DNA of 63,654 nt, filler included, from Octopus bimaculoides (lineage: Eukaryota), in NCBI RefSeq assembly GCF_001194135.2. It is 5 parts of 5 records of this genome, joined end to end, with 100 filler letters (N's around TTAATTAATTAA, not from the genome) between each part and the next. Parts side by side here need not be neighbours in the genome. Positions count along the whole stretch, not along the records: positions 8,956 to 38,789 come from NC_068987.1; 4 more parts are not named here. One strand, written 5' to 3'. The translations under genes and the position numbers were made by a program. The notes below the pieces were generated by a model. That model ran no database searches and was not told the origin of the DNA. It was given only the letters and a program-made list of their open reading frames with translations. Every line of letters starts with the position of its first letter. Position 1 is the first letter of the stretch. This document shows, one piece after another, positions 26,562 through 38,789 of this stretch.

Positions 26562-26789
26562 ATTTCTTTACTGCCCACAAGGGGCTACACACAGAGGGGA
26601 CAAACAAGGACAGACAAACGGACTAAGTCGATTATATCGACCCCAGTGCGTAACTGGTACTTAATTTATCGACCCCGAAAGGATGAAAGGCAAAGTCGAC
26701 CTCGGCGGAATTTGAACTCAGAACGTAAAGACAGACGAAATACTGCTAAGCATTTCGCCCGGCATGCTAACGTTTCTGCTAGCTCACCG
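26562..26789 (-). mobile_element. SINE family B, complete, with 16-bp target-site duplication
   Basis: CTGAAGATGCAGTCTT at 26546-26561 and 26790-26805 flank the element; minus head ggtgagctagcagaaacgttagc...gttctgagttcaaattcc. Confidence 0.92.
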
Positions 26790-26829
26790 CTGAAGATGCA
26801 GTCTTTTCAGGATATGAGTCTAGCAAACA

Positions 26830-27200
26830 AACTGATATCTAATTGCATTTGAAGAATTAGTTTGATGTTGATCAAAACCAGCTGGAGGGTAAATATTTGT
26901 AGCATACGTTCAAACAACCGTCCACTGGAATGTCTTTTTCGAAACTTGCCGGTTTTCATTGGACTGAAAACCAGCAAATTTGTGGAACCAAAAATCGGTG
27001 AGGCAAATATTTTGTGAAAAAGTGGTGAAAATACTTTCAGCGATTTTTACTATGGATTTTTTATTCTCGATTTGGAGTGGGTTTTCTCTGAGCTCTGACA
27101 CATCTTTTAAGAAGATAAGATTTATAATATGAAAAGCTTTCCTCATCTTAGTCTCAAAAGCGTCATGTTTTTAAATTTCGACATCTGTAGTTTATGGCAG
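26830..27200 (-). pseudogene. hAT (Charlie-like) transposase C-terminal remnant
   Basis: RENPLQ...FSQNICLTDFW then ATNIYPPAGF (cf. RNPF...L..FW and ATTYLCE.GFS). Confidence 0.4.
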
Positions 27201-27414
27201 AAACATATTGGCTGAACTTCATCGACCCGGAGATAAGGGCGGCCTATAGAGGAATTGACCCACTGAGAGGGGGGAACATATTTTGAAGTCTCTGACTAAT
27301 TTACTTTGCATTATGTGTTCAAACAGATTTATTTTAAACTGTTTCAACGATTGTAAGTCTGTTTGCAAGCCGCTCGAGCTCTGAGCACAGTTTTGGGAAA
27401 TTTAGATATAGATG

Positions 27415-27579
27415 AAAATGTGCGTGGCTGTGTGGTAAGAAGTCAGCCACATGGTTCCGAGTTCAGTCCCGTTCCGTGACGCCTAGGTCAGGCGTCATCT
27501 ACAATAGCCTCCGGCCGATCACACTATTGTGAGTATTTTTTTGTTAGCCGTAAATCGACGCCCTAGTGTCTCTGTTTCT
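27415..27579 (+). mobile_element. SINE family A 5' part, running into a gap
   Basis: gcgtggctgtgtggtaagaag...catggttccgagttcagtcc...tctacaatagcctccggccga. Confidence 0.7.
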
Positions 27580-27819
27580 NNNNNNNNNNNNNNNNNNNNN
27601 NNNNNNNNNNNNNNNNNNNNNNNNNNNNNNNNNNNNNNNNNNNNNNNNNNNNNNNNNNNNNNNNNNNNNNNNNNNNNNNNNNNNNNNNNNNNNNNNNNNN
27701 NNNNNNNNNNNNNNNNNNNNNNNNNNNNNNNNNNNNNNNNNNNNNNNNNNNNNNNNNNNNNNNNNNNNNNNNNNNNNNNNNNNNNNNNNNNNNNNNNNNN
27801 NNNNNNNNNNNNNNNNNNN

Positions 27820-27998
27820 TTAAATGTGGTTGACCCCTAGGGGTGGATGTTACTGTTGCTTTTAGCCCCAGGAGGACATCTCCTCCAGCTGGCTTATCGA
27901 CACACTTCTGTGTCCTGTTTGTTTTGCCAAGGGAGGAGATGTCCTCCTGGGGCTAAAAGCAACAGTAACATCCACCCCTAGGGGTCAGCCACATTTAA
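27820..27998. repeat. Fold-back inverted repeat of family E: 67-bp arms, 45-bp spacer
   Basis: 27820-27886 is the reverse complement of 27932-27998 with one mismatch (T27830 opposite G27988). Confidence 0.92.
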
Positions 27999-28059
27999 GT
28001 GGCAATATACTTCACTTTATCGTGCAGTTATGGTAATACCTCATTTAGAGAATTAACAT

Positions 28060-28096
<37 letters not shown>

Positions 28097-28594
28097 AAAT
28101 ATTTTTAATTGATTAAAGGTCTTGGTACTGGATGCATTTCATATTATATGATACACAGCCCTTAAACGTAGGCATAAAATGATTTCAACATATTTCGATA
28201 TATATATACATATGAGTGTGTATGCGTATGTATACATTGTATTTAGCCTATATCGTTAAATTAACAAGGTTAATCACAAAGCTCTCATAAAAATTATTTT
28301 CAGCAATTAGATAAACCAGAAGCGCAACTTTTCAAAAGAATATGTCATAAACCGAGAAGAATCAAATGTTTATTCTAGAGTCCTGTAAAATTTATAAAAT
28401 AAAAGCATGTATGTATGTGTGTATGTATGTATGTATGTATGTATGTATGTATGTATGTATGTATGTATGTATGTATGCATGCATGTATGTGTGTGTGTAT
28501 ATACACACACATATATGCATATATATATATATATATATCCATATGTACATAGGTATATAGATGTAAATGCGTCTGTGTGTGTGTGTATTCATTG

Positions 28595-28790
28595 CTTCTT
28601 TTATTTGTTTTAGTCAGCAGAGTGGGGCCATGCTGGGGCACTGCCTTGAAGAAGTTTAGTTTTTTTCATCCTGGCACTTATTCTATCTGTCCATTTTGCC
28701 GCTCTCTAAGTTACGGGGACGTATACACTCCAATACTTGTTGTCGAGCGCTGGTGGGGGACAAACACACACACAGACACACACACACACA
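28595..28790 (-). mobile_element. SINE family A 3' half
   Basis: ggccatgctggggcactgcc...ctaagttacggggacgtatacac...acaaacacacacac. Confidence 0.7.
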
Positions 28791-29833
28791 TCTCCACACC
28801 ATATATAAACTGATTATGGTTAAATCGGCATAGGTATGTGTGTAGGTAGGAGACGTTATATATTTAGAGCTATATACTTAAGAACTGGCGTGCAAGTTCA
28901 CACATGGGCAGAAACGCGCATGCACATGAGATGATATATAATGTAGACACTTTGGTAGTTTCAAAGTACAAGCAAGTATGGTGACTATGTTGAGTTCATA
29001 TTTGGTATATTTAAATATCCATCGAAAGGTCAATGTAATATAATAATATAATGTGTCATTTTGGATAAGTATACCCTCCTTATACTAAATATGACATTAT
29101 ACTTTGCTAAAATATGTCTCCTTGCATTCCTTTCTATTTGTCTCTCCCTAAATATTCATTTTCATTCCCTTGCTCTCAGTCCTTCCCATATGTATGTGTG
29201 TGAGAGAGAGAAAGTGTATACGCATATGTGTATGTATGCATATATGTATGTATGAACCGTATGCACACACACATACATACACACACATATATACATATAT
29301 AGGTAAAGGGATTTGGCTGTACCAGTGACCACATGACATCTGCTAATCTTCCCACATGGTCTGAGGAAATCGATATGGTTACAATAAACGTCTGTGTTGA
29401 AGACAAAAAAAAAAAAACCTTGTTCGGGAGAAAAATAAAGAGTGCTTACTTCTGATAAGCTAGGATTAATGAAGGCGTTTAGAACAAGATCTAGCCATCG
29501 CACAAAAGTATATATCCTTTTACTAGTTTTTATTTACTGGGCAGCATACACGCTGCATTTTGACGATCATATCCACCTCGATTCTCTGGTACTTATTCTT
29601 TCGATCTATAATTTCGGAATCTCTAAGTTTAGTCATTTTGACATCACGAGATTTATGATTTTTGCAATATCGCTATCAGCTGGCAGTTGAATCATGGCAG
29701 CAAGAAAATCGGTTTCAGAATATGGAAGCAAGAAAATTGCAATGACTGAAATAAATATATTACGTGTCCATTAAAAAAGGATAGAGAATAAAAATAAAGC
29801 GTTAACGCAGAACTATACACACACGTCTGTGGA

Positions 29834-30153
29834 GGCGCAATGGCACAGTGGTTAGGGCAGCGGACTCGCGGTCATAGGATCGCGGTTTCGATTCCCAGAC
29901 CGGGCGTTGTGAGTGTTTATTGAGCGAAAACACCTAAAAAGCTCCACGAGGCTCCGGCAGGGGGTGGTGGCGAACCCTGCTGTACTCTTTCACAACAACT
30001 TACTCTTTCTTCCTGTTTCTGTTGTACCTGTATTTCGAAGGGCCAGCCTTGTCACACTGTGTCACGCTGAATACCCCCGAGAACTACGTTAAGGCTACAC
30101 GTGTCTGTGGAGTGCTCAGCCACTTGCACGTTTATTCCACGAGCAGGCTGTTT
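29834..30153 (+). mobile_element. SINE family C with intact tRNA-like Pol III promoter
   Basis: A box tggcacagtgg 29841-29851, B box ggtttcgattcc 29884-29895; body shared with 21380-21722; ends at a gap. Confidence 0.9.
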
Positions 30154-30362
30154 NNNNNNNNNNNNNNNNNNNNNNNNNNNNNNNNNNNNNNNNNNNNNNN
30201 NNNNNNNNNNNNNNNNNNNNNNNNNNNNNNNNNNNNNNNNNNNNNNNNNNNNNNNNNNNNNNNNNNNNNNNNNNNNNNNNNNNNNNNNNNNNNNNNNNNN
30301 NNNNNNNNNNNNNNNNNNNNNNNNNNNNNNNNNNNNNNNNNNNNNNNNNNNNNNNNNNNNNN

Positions 30363-30401
<39 letters not shown>

Positions 30402-30404
30402 AGC

Positions 30405-30640
30405 ATTCCGTCGGTTACGAGGACGAGGGTCCCAGCTGATACGATCAACGGAACAGCTTCCTCGTGAAACTAATGTGCAAGTGGCTGAGAAATACATAGA
30501 CACGTGCACCCTTAACGTAGTTCCCAGGGAGATTCAGCGTGACACAGGGTGTGACAAGGCTTGATCCTTTGAAATAGAGCTACTACTCATTTTTGCCAGC
30601 TGAGAGCACTGGAGCAACGTGAAATAAAGTGTCTTGCAAC
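30405..30640 (-). mobile_element. SINE family C-related 3' part, inverted relative to 29834-30153
   Basis: gtgcaagtggctgag...cttaacgtagttc...attcagcgtgacacag..tgtgacaaggc is the reverse complement of about 30040-30150. Confidence 0.85.
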
Positions 30641-30895
30641 GCGTCGCCATCGAAATTTTTGAACATGTTTTTCTAATACACAATTCGAAATTTGTCTGTT
30701 ATGAACATTTTAATTAGTCAAAAATGAAAATTTTAAAGCTATTTTTCTAATTCGTAATTCTAAATTTTTACCATTGATAAACAAAAGATATTGCTGAATC
30801 TAGTTTGGTTTATATGTGAATAAACTTATTTTAAACAATTACAAATTTTTCAAATTTAGGTACATTTTCAACAACAAATTTGCCTATAAACGCAT

Positions 30896-30944
<49 letters not shown>

Positions 30945-30946
<2 letters not shown>

Positions 30947-31235
30947 GTGTAGTATATTGCCACTTAAGTGTGACTGACCCCTAGGGGTGGATGTTACTGT
31001 TGCTTTTAGCCCCAGGAGGACATCTCCTCCAGCTGGCTTATCGACACACGACTGTGTCCTGTTTGCCAAGGGTAGTTATCCCTCTCACCAACATCTGCAG
31101 CACGAACGGATCCGGATTTCAGGGTTATTTCCCTTCGTCGGCGTCCGATAGCGGCTGACCTTGGTGAGAGAGACAAAAACCTGGCAATCTTATATCTTCT
31201 TTTCAAGTGAAATTCTTCACTGATATCGAAAAGGT
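30945..31235 (-). mobile_element. Family E structured element with 5' hammerhead (retrozyme-like or RTE 5' UTR-like)
   Basis: Homologous to 27820-28030 and 19624-19810; series of hairpins (GACAC/GTGTC, GGAGGA/TCCTCC, CCCCTAGGGG, GTCAC/GTGGC) downstream of the HHR; the 3' end abuts (TA)n/(TG)n. Confidence 0.65.
31103..31147 (-). ncRNA. Type I hammerhead ribozyme candidate, core CCGACGA, AUC cleavage triplet
   Basis: Minus strand: CGGACG / CCGACGA / AGGG-AAATAA-CCCT / GAAA / palindromic ATCCGGAT stem III / C17 / CGTTCG. Stem I continues distally (CTCTCACCAA 31082-31091 with TTGGTGAGAG 31161-31170). Confidence 0.7.
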
Positions 31236-32515
31236 NNNNNNNNNNNNNNNNNNNNNNNNNNNNNNNNNNNNNNNNNNNNNNNNNNNNNNNNNNNNNNNNN
31301 NNNNNNNNNNNNNNNNNNNNNNNNNNNNNNNNNNNNNNNNNNNNNNNNNNNNNNNNNNNNNNNNNNNNNNNNNNNNNNNNNNNNNNNNNNNNNNNNNNNN
31401 NNNNNNNNNNNNNNNNNNNNNNNNNNNNNNNNNNNNNNNNNNNNNNNNNNNNNNNNNNNNNNNNNNNNNNNNNNNNNNNNNNNNNNNNNNNNNNNNNNNN
31501 NNNNNNNNNNNNNNNNNNNNNNNNNNNNNNNNNNNNNNNNNNNNNNNNNNNNNNNNNNNNNNNNNNNNNNNNNNNNNNNNNNNNNNNNNNNNNNNNNNNN
31601 NNNNNNNNNNNNNNNNNNNNNNNNNNNNNNNNNNNNNNNNNNNNNNNNNNNNNNNNNNNNNNNNNNNNNNNNNNNNNNNNNNNNNNNNNNNNNNNNNNNN
31701 NNNNNNNNNNNNNNNNNNNNNNNNNNNNNNNNNNNNNNNNNNNNNNNNNNNNNNNNNNNNNNNNNNNNNNNNNNNNNNNNNNNNNNNNNNNNNNNNNNNN
31801 NNNNNNNNNNNNNNNNNNNNNNNNNNNNNNNNNNNNNNNNNNNNNNNNNNNNNNNNNNNNNNNNNNNNNNNNNNNNNNNNNNNNNNNNNNNNNNNNNNNN
31901 NNNNNNNNNNNNNNNNNNNNNNNNNNNNNNNNNNNNNNNNNNNNNNNNNNNNNNNNNNNNNNNNNNNNNNNNNNNNNNNNNNNNNNNNNNNNNNNNNNNN
32001 NNNNNNNNNNNNNNNNNNNNNNNNNNNNNNNNNNNNNNNNNNNNNNNNTATATATATATATATATGTATGTATATATAGATATGTATATGTGTGTGACTA
32101 TGTATGTATATGTGTAAATGCGCATATGTCTAGGTGTGCAAGAATGTTTGTGCATGTGTGTTTGCGTGCGTGTATGTGCAGAAGTGTATAGTGGGGTGTG
32201 GGCTGCATACATCATTTCAACATACTAATTTAGAGTAAGGGAAAAGAGAATGAGTAACATGTGAGATAGAATGTACGACTGGTAGTCAGACAGACCAGCA
32301 GTCAAACAGATAGACAAATAGATATATCGTTCTCTTCAACCATGATGTCTCACAAACTATTAGAGAAAGAATAAAAATTGTAAACTTTACCGTCATTACT
32401 TATTTAATAACAGACGTTAGAATTTGACAGCAAAATGCACATATATTCCTTAGTATACATATCTATCTCCCAGTCTGTCTATCTAGCATTCTATATCTAG
32501 CATTCTATATCTAGC

Positions 32516-32571
32516 TCTACATTGTATTTGTCCCATCTTCGTTGAGCCCTGTGTGGCTAATAAAAGAAATG
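32516..32571 (+). mobile_element. 56-bp extreme 3' fragment of a Tx1-like LINE with apparent 8-bp TSD
   Basis: gagccctgtgtggctaataaaagaaat resembles 42710-42740; flanked by TATCTAGC at 32508-32515 and 32572-32579. Confidence 0.5.
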
Positions 32572-32718
32572 TATCTAGCATTCTATGTATGTATGCATGT
32601 ATGTATGTATGTATGCATGTATGTATGTACGTATGCATGTATATATGTATCTATTTGTCTGTCTCTCTGGCTTCTTGTCTATCTATCTGACTGTCTGTCT
32701 GTCTGCCTGTCTGTCTGC

Positions 32719-32760
<42 letters not shown>

Positions 32761-32782
32761 GTCTATCTATGTGTGTCTATGA

Positions 32783-32850
<68 letters not shown>

Positions 32851-33253
32851 ATATATATATATATGTGTGTGTGTGTGTATNNNNNNNNNNNNNNNNNNNN
32901 NNNNNNNNNNNNNNNNNNNNNNNNNNNNNNNNNNNNNNNNNNNNNNNNNNNNNNNNNNNNNNNNNNNNNNNNNNNNNNNNNNNNNNNNNNNNNNNNNNNN
33001 NNNNNNNNNNNNNNNNNNNNNNNNNNNNNNNNNNNNNNNNNNNNNNNNNNNNNNNNNNNNNNNNNNNNNNNNNNNNNNNNNNNNNNNNNNNNNNNNNNNN
33101 NNGAGTTAGGGATAAAGAAAAGGGAGTAGGTATACATATAAAATGTTTGCTAGACAAGAGGCATTTAACTTTTAGCTTTTCAACGATTCTGTATTTTTTT
33201 TTTTTTCTCCAAATTAATTCTGCATAAAATCAAAACGGGACAGGTACATACGG

Positions 33254-33294
<41 letters not shown>

Positions 33295-33601
33295 GGTATC
33301 ACAACAACAATGACGACTAGTACAGACTATATATATACATATCAACATAGATTGATTCATATATACATATATACATACGTACATACATATGTGTATGTTG
33401 AACTGTAACACAGCTCTCAAACCTCAGTTTATTTCATCCAAGAAAAGCCAAGTAACCGATCCCCCCCCCACCCCCTGCCCTCTTCTCTCACTTTCTCCCG
33501 TTCCTTTTCTTTCTTCTCTCTTCCCCTCACTCTCACTCCCTCTTATACTTTCACTAACTTACTCTCTCATAACTTTAATCTCCACACTCCCACGACTCTA
33601 G

Positions 33602-33828
33602 ACTCCGGTCGCCTGCCAACGAACACATGTGCTGCTGTTGCTGCTGCTGCTGTTATAAGCCAACGAAATCACCACCACTACTCCGTCCTGGTGCCTTGCC
33701 AAGAGTTTGTCAGTGGATTCCGTCTGAATGAAAACGGTTTCATTTACGCTCTGTCTCGCCATCTCGTCAGCTTGCCATGCACAACAACCACTGGACGAAA
33801 AAAGCGGCACACCATGTTACTATATTGA
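33602..33828 (+). CDS. Candidate isolated terminal coding exon of an unknown gene
   Basis: About 150-nt AG-free pyrimidine tract, branch-like CACTAAC 33552-33558, AG at 33600-33601, then an open frame SGRLPTNTCAAVAAAAVISQRNHHHYSVLVP...GRKKRHTMLLY* in a GC-raised island with no TE motif recognised. Confidence 0.35.
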
Positions 33829-34028
33829 AAGGTCACACAACTAACTGTGATATGCACAAACATTGACACACTTCCACACACGGTTATACATGTATGTATA
33901 TAGATAATATATACATACATACACGTGGATATATATATATATATGGTATCATAAATACACATGTACACAGCCATGTGGGTACATATAGATTCCAAAATAT
34001 ATTCACAGAAACACATGTGTAGGTAAAT

Positions 34029-34073
<45 letters not shown>

Positions 34074-34083
34074 AATCTGTCTA

Positions 34084-34129
<46 letters not shown>

Positions 34130-34412
34130 CTTCTCTCTCTCTCTCCTTCACTCTCTCTCTCTCTATCTATCTATCTACGGATCTATCTCTGCACTCTTAC
34201 ATAATTGTTTCTTGTATATATGTATATTCATGTATGTATGTATGTATGTATGCATTTATGTATGTGTGTATGTATGTATTTGTTTGCATGTATGTATGTG
34301 TTAATATGTGTGCATGTTTGCCTTCAATGCATAATGTATAGATGTATATATCTGTCTACATTTACATTCTACGTAAATGGATGCACACACATACACACAT
34401 ATATATCCATAC

Positions 34413-34456
<44 letters not shown>

Positions 34457-34502
34457 GCACACACATATAGAATGCATGTATATATATATATTTTGTATGT
34501 AT

Positions 34503-34572
<70 letters not shown>

Positions 34573-36621
34573 GAATGGGTCATGGAACCAGAGAAATGCA
34601 TAAACACGTGAGTAAGGCTTAAGCATGCTGAATTCTAGCGTAAAATTCTATAACTTATAAACAAACGCGCTCGCGCGCGCTGTCGTAAGTGTACAGATTC
34701 ACAACACATGTAATCATGCACACACACATACACACACAAATAAACATACATTTATGTATGTATAATAATATGCACATTTTACTTGTATGTATGTATGTAT
34801 AATGTTAGACACTGCGTAGTGGCATGTAAACGTTAACAAAATATCCTTTCAGTACAACAGTGCCATTCCAAAAAACCCGTACCTCATATATTATGTGGGT
34901 CGATTTTGTGTTTTGGCATCAGGATATTATTTATAAATACTGAATTTTTGCTGGGATTTACCACGTGATTTTGGTTAAGGTATCGTACGAATCATCATTG
35001 TCATCATCATCATCGTTATCATTATCAATGTCATCGTCATCATCGTCATTGTCGTCGTCATCATCATCATCATTATCTGCAACAGCTATTAGTTTGACAA
35101 ACCCACCCCGTAATAATACGAGTATCATATTAGTTTAATATCCTTTCATTTCCATACGCTTCTGAGTTCATGTAATGCAGGGGTCAAAACTGCTTTCCAG
35201 TCAACCAAATATCCATCTATCCATCCATCCATCCATCCATCCATCCAATCCATGCATCAATTGCTCTGTCTATATATAAATGTATACATACAAGCATACA
35301 GACGTTTCATTTTTCTCCTCCTCCCACACCTGCTAAAATATGTAGTTTTGAAATCTATGTAATATATGTTTTAAGACCATGCCGGGTCGGCTGTGTATTT
35401 CATAACTCAATGGTCGATAAGTTACCCAATAAGTACCCCTGCGACTAAAGATGAATGTATCTATCCAAACAAGTTATGCAGCTTTTTGCTTTATTAGAAA
35501 TCATTATATGCAATATCTGTTGGTGTTGGTGTTGTTGTTGTTGTTTTCGTCGTCATCATTATTGTCGGTGTTGCTCAGTTGTAATTCGGCCCTGATAGAG
35601 CAGTCCTTTTATCAAACGCTCCCCAACCATAAGCTATAACCGGTCCTTCTTTTTCCCTTATGCATAAAATCCAGCGTCCCGTTTTTAAGACATCAGCGTA
35701 TAGTTTTAGGGAAATCCGGGTACTGATTCTAGGAGGTCAAGGCGTCCACAAAGAAGCCCCTATGTTTTTTTTTTTTGTACCTGTGAAATATTAAGATGGA
35801 TATGCCCGACCTTTCCCTTCTAAATTGTGGTTTATTACAAACTTAGAAATTGTTATGTAGTAGAATCGCAGAATCGGTTGATCGTCGGAAGAAATACTTA
35901 ATTGTAGCTAAGGCCCTGACTAAGGCCCTGAAATTAGCTTCACGACCATGAGGCTTTGGTTAAATAACCCCCGCACTCTATAGAGGATCAGAGTGTTTTC
36001 CTAGAGCCTCGGGTCTAAATGGTCACTGTGAGTGAAATTTGAGTGACGGAAACTGTGTTGAAGCCTGTCGAATGGTCTGTGTCTGTAATTCAAAGAATCA
36101 GTCTTCTCTTGTTGATTTCATATGAGTACTGCGTTTTAAGGGTACACGTGTATATGTGGCTTACTCAGCTGTTTACATCGCGTTGCTCATCATAGAAACC
36201 AGCATATGATCCATTAGTTACCGGTACTTTTAATTCCATGATTTGATAATTCATAAAGGTCGATCCTAGATCGATAAAATGAAATACCAGTTAGGTACTA
36301 CACAGCACTGGTGTCTTGCATGCATATTCCTCTCATTTTCTTCACATGGCTCGCTTTATTTTTTCTTTTTGTAACACTAACCCACCGATCATTCTGCAAA
36401 CTGTGCCCAGAATCTTCTCAAGGAATGGTTTCTTGCTTTGCAGTATTTCTTCTGCCTCTTTTAAGCTTTGAATTTAATTCCTCTCAGGGTCAAATTTGTC
36501 TTTCCTTCCACCCGGTTCGTTAAAATAAGGTACAAAATAATGTACATATTTTGAGCTATGTTCTCGGAATCGACAAAATCTCTTCCTTGAAAATTGCCGG
36601 TCTTGTGCTTAAATCAGAAAC

Positions 36622-36667
<46 letters not shown>

Positions 36668-37005
36668 GTTGTTGTTATTATTATCATTATCGTTGTTGTT
36701 GTTCGATAATGAAAATGCGCTAGTTAAATATTGAGTGTGATTTAATCGACTAAATCGTTCACACTTAATTTCTGGGTTTCTGTCTATGAAAAAAAAAAAA
36801 AAAACGAAAAAAAAAGAAAGAAAAGCAGAATGATTTCTTCTATTTGCCACAAGGGCACTAAAGGAGGGTAACGACAATTACGAAAATGACGAGCGTGGGT
36901 CCAGGTGAATGGGTCTACTTTAAGCAGGAGCATGTAGACCGGGAAATAACAGCTGGGAGACAAGGGCCCTTGTTAGTCACGGTAATCATGGATCTTGGCG
37001 CTTAC

Positions 37006-37035
37006 CTGTTTGGTTCTCGGTGCCAGTTCTCCTCT
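37006..37035 (-). other. Candidate 30-nt microexon followed by a 53-nt intron-like segment (36953-37005)
   Basis: Minus strand: ttctcccccaccccAG | 30 nt | GTAAGC ... TGACTAAC ... ccttgtctcccAG. Confidence 0.3.
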
Positions 37036-37597
37036 CTGGGGTGGGGGAGAATTCAAACATTCATTTGTATATTGTGTTTATCATTTTTCTGTGTTTCTCC
37101 TACATATTTTCATACATTTTAATGTAACTCCACGTCCACGTTTCGAACATAAACACGCAAACTCCATCCATATATCTTGTTACGTTTGTGGCAATGAGAC
37201 AGAGTATTACTAAAGTACCAGTTATGAACTGAGGTTGATGTAATCGAATCTATGTCGAAACTATGTTAGAAAAACAATTGTCATTGTTATTGTTTTTATC
37301 AAGGGGTGTTTAATGTTAGGAAGATGTATCTTACTTGGATATTTTCAAGAGGTTATTCTTTCAATATTCTCCTTTTATCACACCGATCGTTTATCAAATA
37401 AAGGTCGAACGACACTAGGAAAAATCGATATCTATCAATACTGTAAACAACAGTAAGAACAACAGAAGCAACTATCATAATAACAATAACAATACTAATA
37501 ACAAAATCACCTATCGCCTGTAAACGAACTGCATCCAACGTAGTTTATAACAATCAACACAATTGACGATTTGAGTAAATACCACCACCACCGCTGA

Positions 37598-37650
<53 letters not shown>

Positions 37651-37758
37651 ATACTACTACTAGAAAACCTTATAAGGAAACCTCTGTGTGGTCACATGTC
37701 CTGCTAGAAATAGCAGCGAAAACTCAAATTATGATACTAGCTTATAGAATATATGTGT

Positions 37759-37846
<88 letters not shown>

Positions 37847-38681
37847 ACATGTGGTATAACATCATTCTAAGTTTCCCTGTAAACTGATGAGAAAAATGTG
37901 ATGGTTACGGTTGGAATGCCGTTGAACATTTTAACACTACAGCTATCACGGTACTACAGCTACTAGTAGTACATCTATTAACTAATTTCGTTATCGATGC
38001 ATCTCATAAAACGTCGACATAATCATTATCACCATCACCACCGCCACCACCACCACCACGTCCATCGGCATCAATACAGCCACAATGTAAATATTCGACA
38101 TAATTCTTAAAACGGCGATGCACGTGGCTAAAAATAGATTTTAACGAAGCGAGGCATTGGTGGCAGAAATGCTTGTAGTAAGAGATAGCTTTGCATGAAT
38201 GGATAAACATTTACAAAAATAACAGCAGTTACTCAATTGTTTAAATGTTAGTTTCTGGTGATCATGCGTGTATATTTACTAAACGAGAGTGCATATATAT
38301 ATATGAACATAAATGTGAGTGTGTGTGTGTGTGTATGCCTGCATCTGTTTGAATGGGTGTCCGTTCGTAAAGTTATATATTTTTGACTTGTAATTATTAG
38401 TGCTTATATGCGTGTATGTGTGAGTTTTGTTGATTTGTTAGGAATATCTACACATATTTTCATTCTTATGTAGAAGCTCCCGTAAACAAATGCAAAACAA
38501 TCTCTCTGTTTGTATGTTTGTGCGTTTCTGTTTGTCTATCTATCTTTATATCTATAGCTATAACTGTATCTGTACACACACACACATATATATGCCTATA
38601 TGTGTAATTGCATATGTATGTATGCCTATATATATATATATACATACACACACGTACACATTCATACACACACACACACAT

Positions 38682-38740
<59 letters not shown>

Positions 38741-38789
38741 TACATACATGCACATGCATATGTACACATATATCTAATTATATATATAT

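Noticed and set aside
29350-29400. CTGAGGA...TAAAC-GTC-TGTG near-hammerhead
   Set aside because: G12 is missing, stem II is not adjacent to the AAA, and stem I is offset by 4 nt.
29834-29906. tRNA gene (also 22537, 26340-26420, 42856, 56970)
   Set aside because: A/B boxes are present but there is no complete cloverleaf, and each continues into a multicopy SINE body.
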